This document shows positions 19,060 through 28,885 of a stretch of 64,000 nt of DNA, piece by piece. The stretch lies in assembly GCA_947457395.1 (NCBI GenBank), contig CANGVA010000003.1, positions 78,825 to 142,824 on the forward strand. The letters are read 5' to 3'. The notes beneath the pieces were generated by a model. The model did not search any database. It saw only the letters and a list, made by a program, of their open reading frames with translations, and was not told the origin of the DNA. The position numbers and the translations under genes are program-made. Positions within the stretch are counted from its first letter, which is position 1. Each line of letters opens with the position of its first letter. This DNA is from Bacteroidota bacterium. GTDB taxonomy: Bacteria > Bacteroidota > Bacteroidia > UKL13-3.

Positions 19060-20475
19060 ATGGAAAACAAACATTCACAACTGTATAGCATCATTATTGT
19101 ATTTTTTTTCTGGGGTTTTATTGCCTCTTCCAACGGAATTTTCATTCCCTTTTGCAAATCACATTTTCAGTTAAACCAGTTTCGTTCTCAGCTAATTGAT
19201 ATGACTTTTTATGGCGGCTACTTTGCAGGATCGCTGATTCTATATTTATATGGGCTATTGAGCGGCAAAGATTTGTTGAATAAAATTGGTCTTAAAAAGG
19301 GTATTGTATATGGTTTATTACTTTCCGCGTTGGGCTCCCTGGCAATCATCCCATCGGTTCATGCAGGTTCTTACCCAATGATACTCACCGCATATTTCAT
19401 CATTGCATTGGGCTTCTCTTTGCAACAAACCTGTGCTCAACCCTTTGTTGTAGCTTTGGGAGCAGTTCAAACAGGTGCGCATCGTTTAAACCTGGCAGGT
19501 GGTATTAACTCACTTGGAACAACTGTTGGTCCGGTGGTGGTGAGTTATTTTTTATTTGGCGCCATTGATTCTCCTGCTTCTTCAGCCTCTATAACTTCCA
19601 TTAGTGGCCTGTATGCAGCTGTTGCACTGCTTTTTGCGGCAATGTCTGCATTTTTTGGTTTTTCATCTTTGCCCTCACTAACTAATGATGAACAAATAGA
19701 AAAAGGTGCAGGTGCGCTAGCTTATCCGCATCTGGTGCTAGGTATGCTGGCAATTTTTGTGTATGTGGGTGTTGAGGTAAGTATTCAAAGCAATATGGGT
19801 GCGTTGTTGGCATTGCCAGAATTTGGAGGGTTTGTTGAATCAGGCATTTCGCCTTTTATTTCTTTATACTGGGGCAGTTTAATGATTGGCAGGTGGACCG
19901 GTAGTATTACTATTTTTAATCTCAGTGGCTTTAAAAAGATATTGGCTCAAGTTGTTATTCCGCTGTTGGCATTTGCTGTTGTGTTGGGTGCCAATGCATT
20001 GCACGGCTATCAGGTGTCGGGTATGCTCATGTACATACCTGCCATTGCCTGCCTTATCGTTATCAATGTAATTTGGGGTGATAACCAGTTTAAATCACTA
20101 ACTGCCTTTGCCGCTCTGGGCATAGCTGGCATGATAATCGGTTTATTCAGCACAGGTACGCTTGCCATGTATGCTTTTGTAAGCGGTGGTTTGGCCTGCT
20201 CAGTGCTTTGGCCCTGCATTTTTAGTATTGCCATAGCAGGCTTAGGAAAATATACTTCGCAGGGATCTGCATTTTTAATTATGATGATTGTGGGCGGTGC
20301 AGTTATTCCCCCTGTTCAGGGTTTGCTGGCCGATATGCCTTCAGTGGGTATTCATGCCTCTTACTGGGTTGCTGTATTGTGCTTTATGTATTTGGCATGG
20401 TATGGTATAAAGGCTAAACAGTTGCTTGATAAGCAAGGCATTTCTTTAGATACGGGTTCGGCCTCCGGCCATTAA
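19060..20475 (+). CDS. MFS sugar:H+ symporter, FucP/GluP (fucose/glucose-galactose permease) family
   Basis: Twelve predicted TM helices. N-terminus FFFWGFIASSNGIFIPFCKSHFQL..FQ.QLIDMTFYGGYF is typical of the FucP/GluP subfamily. The ORF-track start at 19018 is TTG and an in-frame ATG is at 19060. Confidence 0.75.
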   Translation: MENKHSQLYSIIIVFFFWGFIASSNGIFIPFCKSHFQLNQFRSQLIDMTFYGGYFAGSLILYLYGLLSGKDLLNKIGLKKGIVYGLLLSALGSLAIIPSVHAGSYPMILTAYFIIALGFSLQQTCAQPFVVALGAVQTGAHRLNLAGGINSLGTTVGPVVVSYFLFGAIDSPASSASITSISGLYAAVALLFAAMSAFFGFSSLPSLTNDEQIEKGAGALAYPHLVLGMLAIFVYVGVEVSIQSNMGALLALPEFGGFVESGISPFISLYWGSLMIGRWTGSITIFNLSGFKKILAQVVIPLLAFAVVLGANALHGYQVSGMLMYIPAIACLIVINVIWGDNQFKSLTAFAALGIAGMIIGLFSTGTLAMYAFVSGGLACSVLWPCIFSIAIAGLGKYTSQGSAFLIMMIVGGAVIPPVQGLLADMPSVGIHASYWVAVLCFMYLAWYGIKAKQLLDKQGISLDTGSASGH

Positions 20476-20541
20476 TTTAAACTTAATCAGGTAATAACAA
20501 AAGTATTGCCTACCTTTGCGCCTCAATTTTTTTAGGTGCTC

Positions 20542-22353
20542 ATGCAACAAAACATTAGAAACATAGCCATCATTGCCCACGTTGACCACGGCAAAACAAC
20601 ACTGGTTGACAAGATTTTACATCAAACCAAACTTTTCCGTGAAAATCAGGAAACAGGAGAACTTATTTTAGATAATAACGACCTGGAGCGCGAACGCGGG
20701 ATTACCATTTTGGCTAAAAATGTATCGGTTAGATACAAAGACGTAAAAATTAATATTATTGACACACCGGGCCACGCGGATTTTGGCGGTGAGGTAGAGC
20801 GTGTATTAAATATGGCTGATGGCGTATTGCTGTTGGTAGACGCGTTTGAGGGCCCTATGCCCCAAACCCGTTTTGTGCTGCATAAAGCCCTTTCATTGGG
20901 CAAGAAACCAATTGTGGTTATTAATAAGGTAGACAAACCTAACTGTAGGCCGGATGAGGTTCATGATGCAGTTTTTGATTTGTTTTTTAATCTGGATGCT
21001 ACAGAAGAGCAATTAAATTTTCATACCATTTACGGAAGCTCAAAAATGGGCTGGATGGGAAGAGATTGGAAAACACCTACAGAAGATTTTACTGCATTGC
21101 TTGACGATATAATTGAGCAAATACCTCCTCCGGTGGTTCATGAAGGTACGTTGCAAATGCAAATTACCTCACTTGATTATTCTTCATTCACCGGTCGTAT
21201 TGCAGTAGGCCGTCTGTTAAGAGGTTCACTAAAAGTAAATCAGCCGGTTTCTTTGGTTAAGCGTGATGGTTCCATACAGAAAAGCCGTGTGAAGGAGTTA
21301 TATACATTTGAAGGATTGGGCCGTGCTAAAGTTGAAGAAGTAAAGGCTGGTGACATTTGTGCGGTTTTTGGTATTGAAGGTTTTGAAATTGGTGATACCA
21401 TTGCTGATTTTGAAAACCCTGAAGGCTTAAAACCAATTGCCATAGATGAGCCAACCATGAGCATGTTGTTTACCATTAATAACTCTCCGTTTTTTGGCAA
21501 AGAAGGTAAGTTTGTAACCAGCCGCCACCTTAGAGATCGTCTGGAGAAAGAAACTGAAAAGAATCTGGCATTAAAACTGGAAGATACCGACTCACCTGAT
21601 GCCATTCTGGTATATGGTCGCGGTATTCTGCACTTGTCTATTCTGATTGAAACCATGAGGCGTGAAGGGTATGAATTGCAGGTTGGTCAGCCACGTGTAA
21701 TTGTAAAGGAAATAGATGGTGCAAAATGTGAACCAATAGAGATTTTAACAGTAGATACACCTGAAGAATCTGCAGGAAAAGTTATTGAGTTGGTTAGCCA
21801 GCGCAAAGGTGAGTTATTGGTTATGGAGCCTAAAGGTGATTTACAACATCTTGAATTTAGTATTCCATCTCGCGGCATTATTGGTCTAAGAAATAATATT
21901 CTCACAGCCACTGCCGGTGAGGCCATTATGGCACATCGATTAAAAGGATATGAGCCTTGGAAAGGGCAAATCCCATCCCGTCTGGCAGGCGTATTAATCA
22001 GTGGTGACAAAGGAACGGCAACAGCCTATGCCATTGATAAGTTGCAGGATAGAGGTCGTTTCTTTATTGAACCGGGTGATGAGGTGTATGAAGGACAGGT
22101 TGTGGGTGAGAATATCAGACCCGATGATATGGTTTTGAATATCATACGAGCCAAACAACTTACCAATTTTCGTGCAGCAGGTAGTGATGATAATGTTAAA
22201 ATTGCACCAAAAATTAATTTTTCGTTGGAAGAGTGCATGGAATATATCCAGGAAGATGAATACGTTGAGATAACTCCAAAATCCTTAAGGTTAAGAAAGA
22301 TATTGTTGAATGAAAATGATCGCAAGCGCGCCAAAAATGCGGCATTGGCTTAA
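20542..22353 (+). CDS. typA: Translational GTPase TypA/BipA
   Basis: [39 protein letters not shown]; full-length collinearity with BipA. Confidence 0.95.
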   Translation: MQQNIRNIAIIAHVDHGKTTLVDKILHQTKLFRENQETGELILDNNDLERERGITILAKNVSVRYKDVKINIIDTPGHADFGGEVERVLNMADGVLLLVDAFEGPMPQTRFVLHKALSLGKKPIVVINKVDKPNCRPDEVHDAVFDLFFNLDATEEQLNFHTIYGSSKMGWMGRDWKTPTEDFTALLDDIIEQIPPPVVHEGTLQMQITSLDYSSFTGRIAVGRLLRGSLKVNQPVSLVKRDGSIQKSRVKELYTFEGLGRAKVEEVKAGDICAVFGIEGFEIGDTIADFENPEGLKPIAIDEPTMSMLFTINNSPFFGKEGKFVTSRHLRDRLEKETEKNLALKLEDTDSPDAILVYGRGILHLSILIETMRREGYELQVGQPRVIVKEIDGAKCEPIEILTVDTPEESAGKVIELVSQRKGELLVMEPKGDLQHLEFSIPSRGIIGLRNNILTATAGEAIMAHRLKGYEPWKGQIPSRLAGVLISGDKGTATAYAIDKLQDRGRFFIEPGDEVYEGQVVGENIRPDDMVLNIIRAKQLTNFRAAGSDDNVKIAPKINFSLEECMEYIQEDEYVEITPKSLRLRKILLNENDRKRAKNAALA

Positions 22354-22383
22354 GATGTAGTTGACATATTTGATGATAAAAAA

Positions 22384-22419
22384 GAACCCCGGCAGAGTTA
22401 AGGCCGGGGTTTCTTTTTT
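22384..22419 (+). terminator. Intrinsic terminator after typA
   Basis: gaaccccggc-agagttaag-gccggggtttcttttttc: GC-rich 10-bp stem followed by a T-tract. Confidence 0.7.
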
Positions 22420-22532
22420 CTTGGTTGTTACACCAATACCCACAATTATGAAAAAAATTAACTCTAATTACTCAGCAAACATATGGTGAAAAAATTTTAA
22501 CAAAAACAGTTATTGATTTTTTACATTCGTTT

Positions 22533-23426
22533 ATGCAGCACACAATAAAATTAAAAAGTAACCACGGCTTTGAATGGATTGATTTGGTTGAGCCTACCGA
22601 TGAAGAACTCCAAGCCATGGCTAGTGCATATAAACTGCATCCGGCAGCTGTGCAGGATTGTTTGCAACCGGAGCATTTACCAAAGTATGAGTTAATAGAG
22701 GATGTGCAGTTCATGATTTGTCGCTACTATGATAGCGAGTGCCCCAAAAATGCAGATTCTATTCGGCTGATAAGTCGTAAGCTGGCTATTTTCTGGGGAA
22801 AGGATTTTATCATAACTGTTCACCGTAAATCTTTTGAAGCATTTGATGAGGTGGCTGGTCGCGCACATACGATTGATCAACCTTATGTGCTGGTGTGTAA
22901 GTTGGTTAAAGCCTGCCTTCAAACGTATGAAGAGCCACTGCAAAAACTGGATACTGAAATTGATTTTTATGAAAGCCGTATCTTTTTAAAAAAACGCATA
23001 CCCGATTTACTAAAAAACCTTTATTTTATTAAACGCAAAACTTATGTTATCAGGCGTATATCTAATCTTAGCAAAGAGATTCCGGAAAAACTTGGCACCA
23101 ACAATAAGCGCATACCTGCTTATCAGGATCTGAAAGATTACTACATCAAACTAGATACTGTGATAGAAGAGGTATATGACAGTATTAACAGTTTAATGAA
23201 TATTTATATTTCACTCTCGTCTCAACGCACCAATGAGGTTATGCGCACCTTAACTGTGTTTACTGCTTTTTTTCTGCCTCTAACATTTATTGTGGGTGTT
23301 TATGGCATGAACTTTCATTACATGCCAGAACTCAATCACCCATCCGGCTACCCAATTGTTCTGGGCCTTATGCTGCTCATTACCCTGTTCATCTGGATTT
23401 GGTTTAAAAGAAAAGGCTGGATGTGA
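22533..23426 (+). CDS. corA: CorA-family Mg2+/Co2+ transporter
   Basis: Two C-terminal TM helices with the signature YGMNF (GVYGMNFHYMPEL). Confidence 0.85.
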   Translation: MQHTIKLKSNHGFEWIDLVEPTDEELQAMASAYKLHPAAVQDCLQPEHLPKYELIEDVQFMICRYYDSECPKNADSIRLISRKLAIFWGKDFIITVHRKSFEAFDEVAGRAHTIDQPYVLVCKLVKACLQTYEEPLQKLDTEIDFYESRIFLKKRIPDLLKNLYFIKRKTYVIRRISNLSKEIPEKLGTNNKRIPAYQDLKDYYIKLDTVIEEVYDSINSLMNIYISLSSQRTNEVMRTLTVFTAFFLPLTFIVGVYGMNFHYMPELNHPSGYPIVLGLMLLITLFIWIWFKRKGWM

Positions 23427-23538
23427 GTTGTTTATGTTGAGGTGAACAAAACAATCTGCTTGAAATTAAACTAACAAATGCTTTGGTTTTATCCGACAGA
23501 TAACTTTATTTTCGCCTCCTGATAATTTTTTTTATCCT

Positions 23539-24678
23539 ATGAATTTTGAATTAACCGAAGAACAATTAGCTGTGCAGCAGGCAGCAAGAGATTTTGCCCA
23601 AACAGAATTATTACCCGGAGTAATTGAGCGTGATGATAAACAGGAGTTTCCGTATGAGCAGGTGAAAAAGCTTGGCGAACTTGGATTTATGGGTATGATG
23701 GTAGATCCGAAGTACGGAGGTTCAGGTATGGATACGATTTCCTATGTATTGGCTATGGAAGAACTTTCAAAAGTTGATGCATCTGCCTCAGTAGTGGTAT
23801 CGGTTAATAATTCTTTGGTATGCTGGGGTATTGAAACTTATGGCACCGAAGAACAAAAACAAAAATACTTGGTACCAATGGCAAGCGGCAAGGTGCATGG
23901 AGCATTCTTGCTGTCAGAGCCTGAGGCGGGTAGTGATGCTACTTCTCAACGCACAACAGCTGAAGATAAAGGAGATTATTACTTATTAAACGGAACCAAA
24001 AACTGGATAACCAACGGAAGTACTGCCACTTATTATCTGGTCATTGCCCAAACCGATGTAGATAAGAAGCATAAAGGCATAAATGCATTTATTGTAGAGA
24101 AAAGCTGGCCGGGTGTTACAATAGGAAAAAAAGAAGATAAAATGGGTATACGCGGAAGCGATACGCATTCTATTATGTTTACCGATGTAAAAGTGCCAAA
24201 AGAAAACAGAATTGGCGAAGATGGTTTTGGATTTAAGTTTGCTATGAAAGTATTAACCGGTGGCCGCATTGGTATTGCTGCGCAAGCCCTGGGTATTGCC
24301 AGCGGTGCCTATGAATTGGCATTAAAATATTCTAAAGAGCGCAAGGCTTTTGGTAAAGAAATTATGCATCACCAGGCCATACAATTTAAACTTGCTGATA
24401 TGGCCACACAAATAGAAGCAGCACGTTTATTGTGCTTAAAAGCTGCGGCATTGAAAGATGCAGACCAAGATTATGCATTAGCCAGTTCTATGGCTAAAGT
24501 ATTTGCATCAGAAACAGCTATGTGGGTTACAACGGAGGCTGTACAAGTGCATGGTGGATATGGTTATGTGAAGGAATACCATGTTGAGCGATTGATGCGC
24601 GATGCAAAAATTACACAGATATATGAAGGCACATCAGAGGTGCAACGAATCGTAATATCGCGAGAGATACTAAAATAG
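23539..24678 (+). CDS. Acyl-CoA dehydrogenase (short/medium-chain type)
   Basis: ACAD N, middle and C-terminal domains; catalytic region YEGTSEVQR. Confidence 0.9.
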   Translation: MNFELTEEQLAVQQAARDFAQTELLPGVIERDDKQEFPYEQVKKLGELGFMGMMVDPKYGGSGMDTISYVLAMEELSKVDASASVVVSVNNSLVCWGIETYGTEEQKQKYLVPMASGKVHGAFLLSEPEAGSDATSQRTTAEDKGDYYLLNGTKNWITNGSTATYYLVIAQTDVDKKHKGINAFIVEKSWPGVTIGKKEDKMGIRGSDTHSIMFTDVKVPKENRIGEDGFGFKFAMKVLTGGRIGIAAQALGIASGAYELALKYSKERKAFGKEIMHHQAIQFKLADMATQIEAARLLCLKAAALKDADQDYALASSMAKVFASETAMWVTTEAVQVHGGYGYVKEYHVERLMRDAKITQIYEGTSEVQRIVISREILK

Positions 24679-24698
24679 GAAAAGTTAAATTGTTAAAT

Positions 24699-26426
24699 AT
24701 GAATTCACCACACACAACCAACCGCTCAACTCTAAAAACCTTTATTTCTAAAAGCGTTCAAAAAACTCTCTTAAAGTTACCTTCTGCCTGCAGATTAGGG
24801 TTGTTATTTATTTTACTTAGTTATTTAACATCTTGTAGTTGGATTTTAATCCCAAGAAAGCAAAAAGTAAACTTTCAAACCGAAAACAAAGATTCAAAAG
24901 TATTTATACGCAATGAGTTGGTTGGTAAAGGCAAATCGTTTACTGCAAAACTAGATAAATTCGGAGTCCAGCAGGTTATTATTAGAACCCCCGATTGTAA
25001 AGATGCATTTGACGTAATTGTACCTGTTAAAAGAACAGTGGCAAGACCATTATTGGTTATACTGAGTTATGGTTTCTTTGTGTATCCTGGTCTTGTGGAT
25101 ATGTATATAGAAGATGATAAGTTTTTCCCGTATAATAAATATATACCATTGAAATCAGGTAACCTGCTTGAGAAAAGAAGCAATAACCAAAAATATGTAA
25201 AGCTGGAGGCAATCAAACTTAAGATTGATGATAAGAATAAAGATATCAGATATATAGATGATGTAGAATATACCACTCATCCTAATATCATCAAGGATAT
25301 TGAAGCAAGAGAGCTTGAGTTCTTTTCAGATGAGCGGAAAAGAGAACAAAAAGAGGCTGCTAAAGCTGCTAAAAGGAAGAAAACTGCGAAAGAACAACTC
25401 GTGTCGGAATCAGACAAAAATGAAGTTCATTATGACGACACCAAATTTTCAGAAATGGTATTCAATACCTTGAAAACTACCGGTTATATTGATACAGTTA
25501 ACAAGGTTTTTCAAGACAATAACAACACCGTTTACCTTGAAGGCGTGATAAAAAAATCGCATTTGTATGAAATAGAAACAAACTTCGCTTCTTTCTATAA
25601 AACTAAACTAAATATTACCTGGTATATTTTGAATAGTTATGGAGAGAAACTTGATTCGCAAAATTTTTGGAGCTATTCAGGTAATTTCCCTGGCTTATTC
25701 CTTGCTAAGGATAAGAGCTACCAAATGTATGCAGATGCTGTTGACTTTTCTTACTTTACCTTATTAAAGAGCGAACAATTTCAAAAGTATCTTGCAGTTG
25801 ATTCCAATTATTCAATCAACGATCAGGTGCTTACTTTAAAAAAACCTACCAAAGTTGTTAAAGAGATTGGTGATGCAACAGCTGCTGCAGTTTCAATTAA
25901 GCGCAGTGACAAAGGACATGGATCTGGCTTTGCCATCACGCATGATGGTTATATTTTAACAAACTATCATGTTATTGCTGGAGATTATGCCGGCAGACCA
26001 GATGATATTAAGGTTGTGCTGTCTGATGGCGAAGAAATTCCTGTTAATGTGGTCAGGTATAACAAGGCAAGAGATTTAGCCTTACTTAAAGTTGAGAAAA
26101 ATTTTGATGTTGTTTTTGAATTGAAAGGCGAGAAAAGCTATAAAAAGCTATCAGAGATTTATGCAGTGGGAACTCCTAAATCACTTGAGTTGGGTCAATC
26201 TGTTAGTTTAGGAATTCTGTCTAATGAGCGCAAAGTAAACAGTGGAAGCATGCTGCAGGTAAATATGAGTATTAACCCCGGTAATAGCGGTGGTGCTCTA
26301 TTTGATAAGGCGGGTGCTCTGCATGGGGTAGTTACTTCTAAATTGGTGGGTTTTGCTACAGAAGGTGTGGGATTTGCTATACCCTCATATCTTATACCTA
26401 GCTATCTAAATTTAAAAGTTGACTAG
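24699..26426 (+). CDS. Trypsin-like (S1) serine peptidase with a ~380-aa N-terminal domain of unknown function; probable lipoprotein
   Basis: C-terminal catalytic triad context: TNYHVI (His), RDLALLKVE (Asp), NPGNSGGALFD (Ser). N-terminal lipobox-like LLSYLTSCSW. The central KR-rich stretch ERKREQKEAAKAAKRKKTAKEQ is predicted coiled-coil/basic. Confidence 0.7.
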   Translation: MNSPHTTNRSTLKTFISKSVQKTLLKLPSACRLGLLFILLSYLTSCSWILIPRKQKVNFQTENKDSKVFIRNELVGKGKSFTAKLDKFGVQQVIIRTPDCKDAFDVIVPVKRTVARPLLVILSYGFFVYPGLVDMYIEDDKFFPYNKYIPLKSGNLLEKRSNNQKYVKLEAIKLKIDDKNKDIRYIDDVEYTTHPNIIKDIEARELEFFSDERKREQKEAAKAAKRKKTAKEQLVSESDKNEVHYDDTKFSEMVFNTLKTTGYIDTVNKVFQDNNNTVYLEGVIKKSHLYEIETNFASFYKTKLNITWYILNSYGEKLDSQNFWSYSGNFPGLFLAKDKSYQMYADAVDFSYFTLLKSEQFQKYLAVDSNYSINDQVLTLKKPTKVVKEIGDATAAAVSIKRSDKGHGSGFAITHDGYILTNYHVIAGDYAGRPDDIKVVLSDGEEIPVNVVRYNKARDLALLKVEKNFDVVFELKGEKSYKKLSEIYAVGTPKSLELGQSVSLGILSNERKVNSGSMLQVNMSINPGNSGGALFDKAGALHGVVTSKLVGFATEGVGFAIPSYLIPSYLNLKVD

Positions 26427-26453
26427 CAATGATACTAGCTCGATTGTTAATAG

Positions 26454-26486
26454 AAAAGGCTGTCCACATAGGGCAGCCTTTTTTAT
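26454..26486. terminator. Probable bidirectional terminator between convergent genes
   Basis: aaaaggctgtcc-acata-gggcagcctttttt: imperfect 11-bp stem with flanking A- and T-tracts. Confidence 0.45.
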
Positions 26487-26508
26487 GCAAGCTAAAAGAT
26501 AGCATTAC

Positions 26509-27450
26509 TTATGATGTTTGACCACCTAAATGATGCAGCATATCTTTGGTCATATTATCTAAATCAAATTCAGGTTTCCAACCCCAGTGATTGCGTGCCT
26601 CGGTATCGTCAATACTGGCAGGCCAGCTATCTGCAATGGCTTGTCTGAAATCCGGCTTATAGCTGATGGTAAACTCAGGAATGTGCTTGCGAATAGACGC
26701 TGCAATCTCTTCCGGATCAAAACTCACGCCTGCTATATTATAGCTGCTGCGTATTTTTACTTTTTCTGCAGGTGCTTCCATGAGTTCAATCGTGGCGCGC
26801 AAAGCGTCCGGCATATACATCATAGGCAAAACAGTTCCTGCTTTCAAAAAGCATTCATAGGTTTTGCTTTTTAAAGCTTCATGATAAATATGCACGGCAT
26901 AATCCGTGGTGCCTCCGCCCGGAGCAGATTTGTATCCAATTAATCCGGGATAGCGCAAACTCCTCACATCTACACCATATTTCTGATGATAATACTCGCA
27001 AAAACGCTCGCCTGCTTGTTTGCTTATGCCGTAAATGGTATTAGGCTCCATTACGGTGTATTGAGGCGTACTAACCCTTGGTGTAGTGGGGCCAAATACA
27101 GCAATGGAACTTGGCCAGTATAATTTCTTTATCAGTCCTTCCTTGGCAGCATCCAAACCGTTAAACAATCCCTGCATGTTCAGGTCCCAGCCCAGCTTTG
27201 GATTTTTTTCAGCTGTGGCCGAAAGCAGTGCGGCCAGCAGGTAAACCTGTGTAATGCCATGCTTTTTTATAATGGCATACATGTTTTCTTTGTCCATTAC
27301 ATCCAGCAATTCATAAGGACCTTCAGCTTGTGCAGGTGCTTTTATATCAGAAGTAACAACATTGTTGGTACCAAAAATTTTTCTGAGTTCTGTACTCAAT
27401 TCGGTACCAATTTGTCCGTTGGCACCAATAATTAAAATCTTTTCAGCCAT
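26509..27450 (-). CDS. tdh: L-threonine 3-dehydrogenase, SDR/UDP-glucose-4-epimerase-like type (NAD-dependent epimerase/dehydratase family)
   Basis: ILIIGANGQIGTEL; SSIAVFGP; YGISK (YxxxK); YPGLIGYKS.PGGGTTDYAV; KYECF. Collinear with the archaeal/bacterial short-chain TDHs as I recall them. Confidence 0.75.
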   Translation of the reverse strand: MAEKILIIGANGQIGTELSTELRKIFGTNNVVTSDIKAPAQAEGPYELLDVMDKENMYAIIKKHGITQVYLLAALLSATAEKNPKLGWDLNMQGLFNGLDAAKEGLIKKLYWPSSIAVFGPTTPRVSTPQYTVMEPNTIYGISKQAGERFCEYYHQKYGVDVRSLRYPGLIGYKSAPGGGTTDYAVHIYHEALKSKTYECFLKAGTVLPMMYMPDALRATIELMEAPAEKVKIRSSYNIAGVSFDPEEIAASIRKHIPEFTISYKPDFRQAIADSWPASIDDTEARNHWGWKPEFDLDNMTKDMLHHLGGQTS

Positions 27451-27580
27451 TGATTGTGCTTAAGCGGGTGTAAAAATAGAACTATTTTGGATTTAGGCCA
27501 TTAAATTATCTGCACATTTATGCCAACCTGAGCCTGATTTTATAACTACGTGTAAATGCCTTAATATTGAGGTGTTAAAA

Positions 27581-28885
27581 ATGCCTTACCTTATTCAAAG
27601 TTTTGATAAAACCACTACAACCATTGGTAGCTTAGTAGAACCTGAGCGCTACCGTGATTTATGGAACCTGCCTTTACATAAGCCAATTATTGCAAGAGGT
27701 GCCGGCCTGTCATATTGCGCTGCTTCTGCAGGCAATCAATGCGTGTCAGTAGATATGCGAAACTTTAACCGCATACTGTCTTTTGATGAAATTAACGGAA
27801 TAATAACCGTAGAGGCGGGTATACCTGCGGGGGAGTTAAATAATTTTCTGATTGGGAAAAACTGGGTTTTGCCAGTGCTTCCCGGTTATCCTGCCATTAC
27901 CATTGGGGGTTGTATTGGGTTTAATGTGCACGGCAAATCACAATACAAAGTTGGTACGTTTATCAATTGGGTAAAATCTATCACCTTATTTCATCCCGAT
28001 ACAGGTTTGCAAACATGCACACCTGATACTGAATTATTTCAATTAACGGTTGGTGGCATGGGCCTTACGGGTATTATTATTTCGGCTACCATTGCATTAA
28101 AAAAAATAGACGGGAACCTCATGTCAATTCAGGCAATGAAGGTGCCGGAGATACAAACCGCTGTGGAGGTAATGGCAACAAAAGCTGAAGAGTATGATTA
28201 TATTTATGCATGGAATAATTTTAACCTAAGGGGTAAGCATTTTGGAAAGGGCATTGTATACCTTGAAAATCATTTACCTGACAGAAAGGAATTAAACCCT
28301 AAGCCATACATCAATAAACTAAATAGATTTAAAAAAATTCCTGTGTTGTATAATGGCCTTACGGTAAAAACCATGAATCGGGTTTATGAATTGATGGATG
28401 CCTTGCAACCCAGGCAACGCGTAATTGATTTGGTGCAGGCTTCATTCCCAATTTATAACAAGGAATTATACTATTATTTTTTTGGTAAAAAAGGGTTTAG
28501 GGAGTACCAAGTGATATTTGATTTAGATAAATGGCAGGCTGCTGTTGCTGAAATTCAGAAGATCATAGCTCAAATGAATATGCCAATTGCATTAGGATCA
28601 TTAAAAATATTTAAAGGGGAGCCTCACAATATCAGTTTCTCAGGCAGCGGACTCTGTGTTACCATTGATGTGCCTAATAACAAAAAATCGATTTCTTTTT
28701 TTGAGGCATTAGATAAAATTACTTTAAAATATGGAGGCATCATTAACTTAAGTAAAGACAGCAGAGCTGATGCCAATTTGGTTAAACATTGTTTCCCGCA
28801 TTATGAACAGTTTAAGCAGGGAATCCATCGGCATGACCCCAACCAGTATTTTGGAAGTGAAATAAGAACCAGATTAGATTTATAA
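27581..28885 (+). CDS. FAD-dependent oxidase homologous to DprE1 (decaprenylphosphoryl-beta-D-ribose 2'-oxidase; FAD_binding_4)
   Basis: RGAGLSY..., LPVLPGYPAITIGGCIGFNVHGKSQ, LFQLTVGGMGLTGIIISATIALKKI and C-terminal INLSKDSRADANLVKHCFP...F align motif-for-motif with M. tuberculosis DprE1 ([69 protein letters not shown]), recalled from memory. The ORF-track start at 27572 is GTG and the first ATG is at 27581. Confidence 0.8.
   Translation: MPYLIQSFDKTTTTIGSLVEPERYRDLWNLPLHKPIIARGAGLSYCAASAGNQCVSVDMRNFNRILSFDEINGIITVEAGIPAGELNNFLIGKNWVLPVLPGYPAITIGGCIGFNVHGKSQYKVGTFINWVKSITLFHPDTGLQTCTPDTELFQLTVGGMGLTGIIISATIALKKIDGNLMSIQAMKVPEIQTAVEVMATKAEEYDYIYAWNNFNLRGKHFGKGIVYLENHLPDRKELNPKPYINKLNRFKKIPVLYNGLTVKTMNRVYELMDALQPRQRVIDLVQASFPIYNKELYYYFFGKKGFREYQVIFDLDKWQAAVAEIQKIIAQMNMPIALGSLKIFKGEPHNISFSGSGLCVTIDVPNNKKSISFFEALDKITLKYGGIINLSKDSRADANLVKHCFPHYEQFKQGIHRHDPNQYFGSEIRTRLDL

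Noticed and set aside
20536-20541. ORF-track starts at non-ATG codons (for example 20536 GTG, 19018 TTG, 24690 TTG, 27572 GTG, 37323 TTG, 41675 TTG, 45140 TTG, 45197 GTG)
   Set aside because: The track evidently allows alternative starts. Where a nearby in-frame ATG gave a sensible signal peptide or conserved N-terminus, I used it instead, but all start sites remain provisional.
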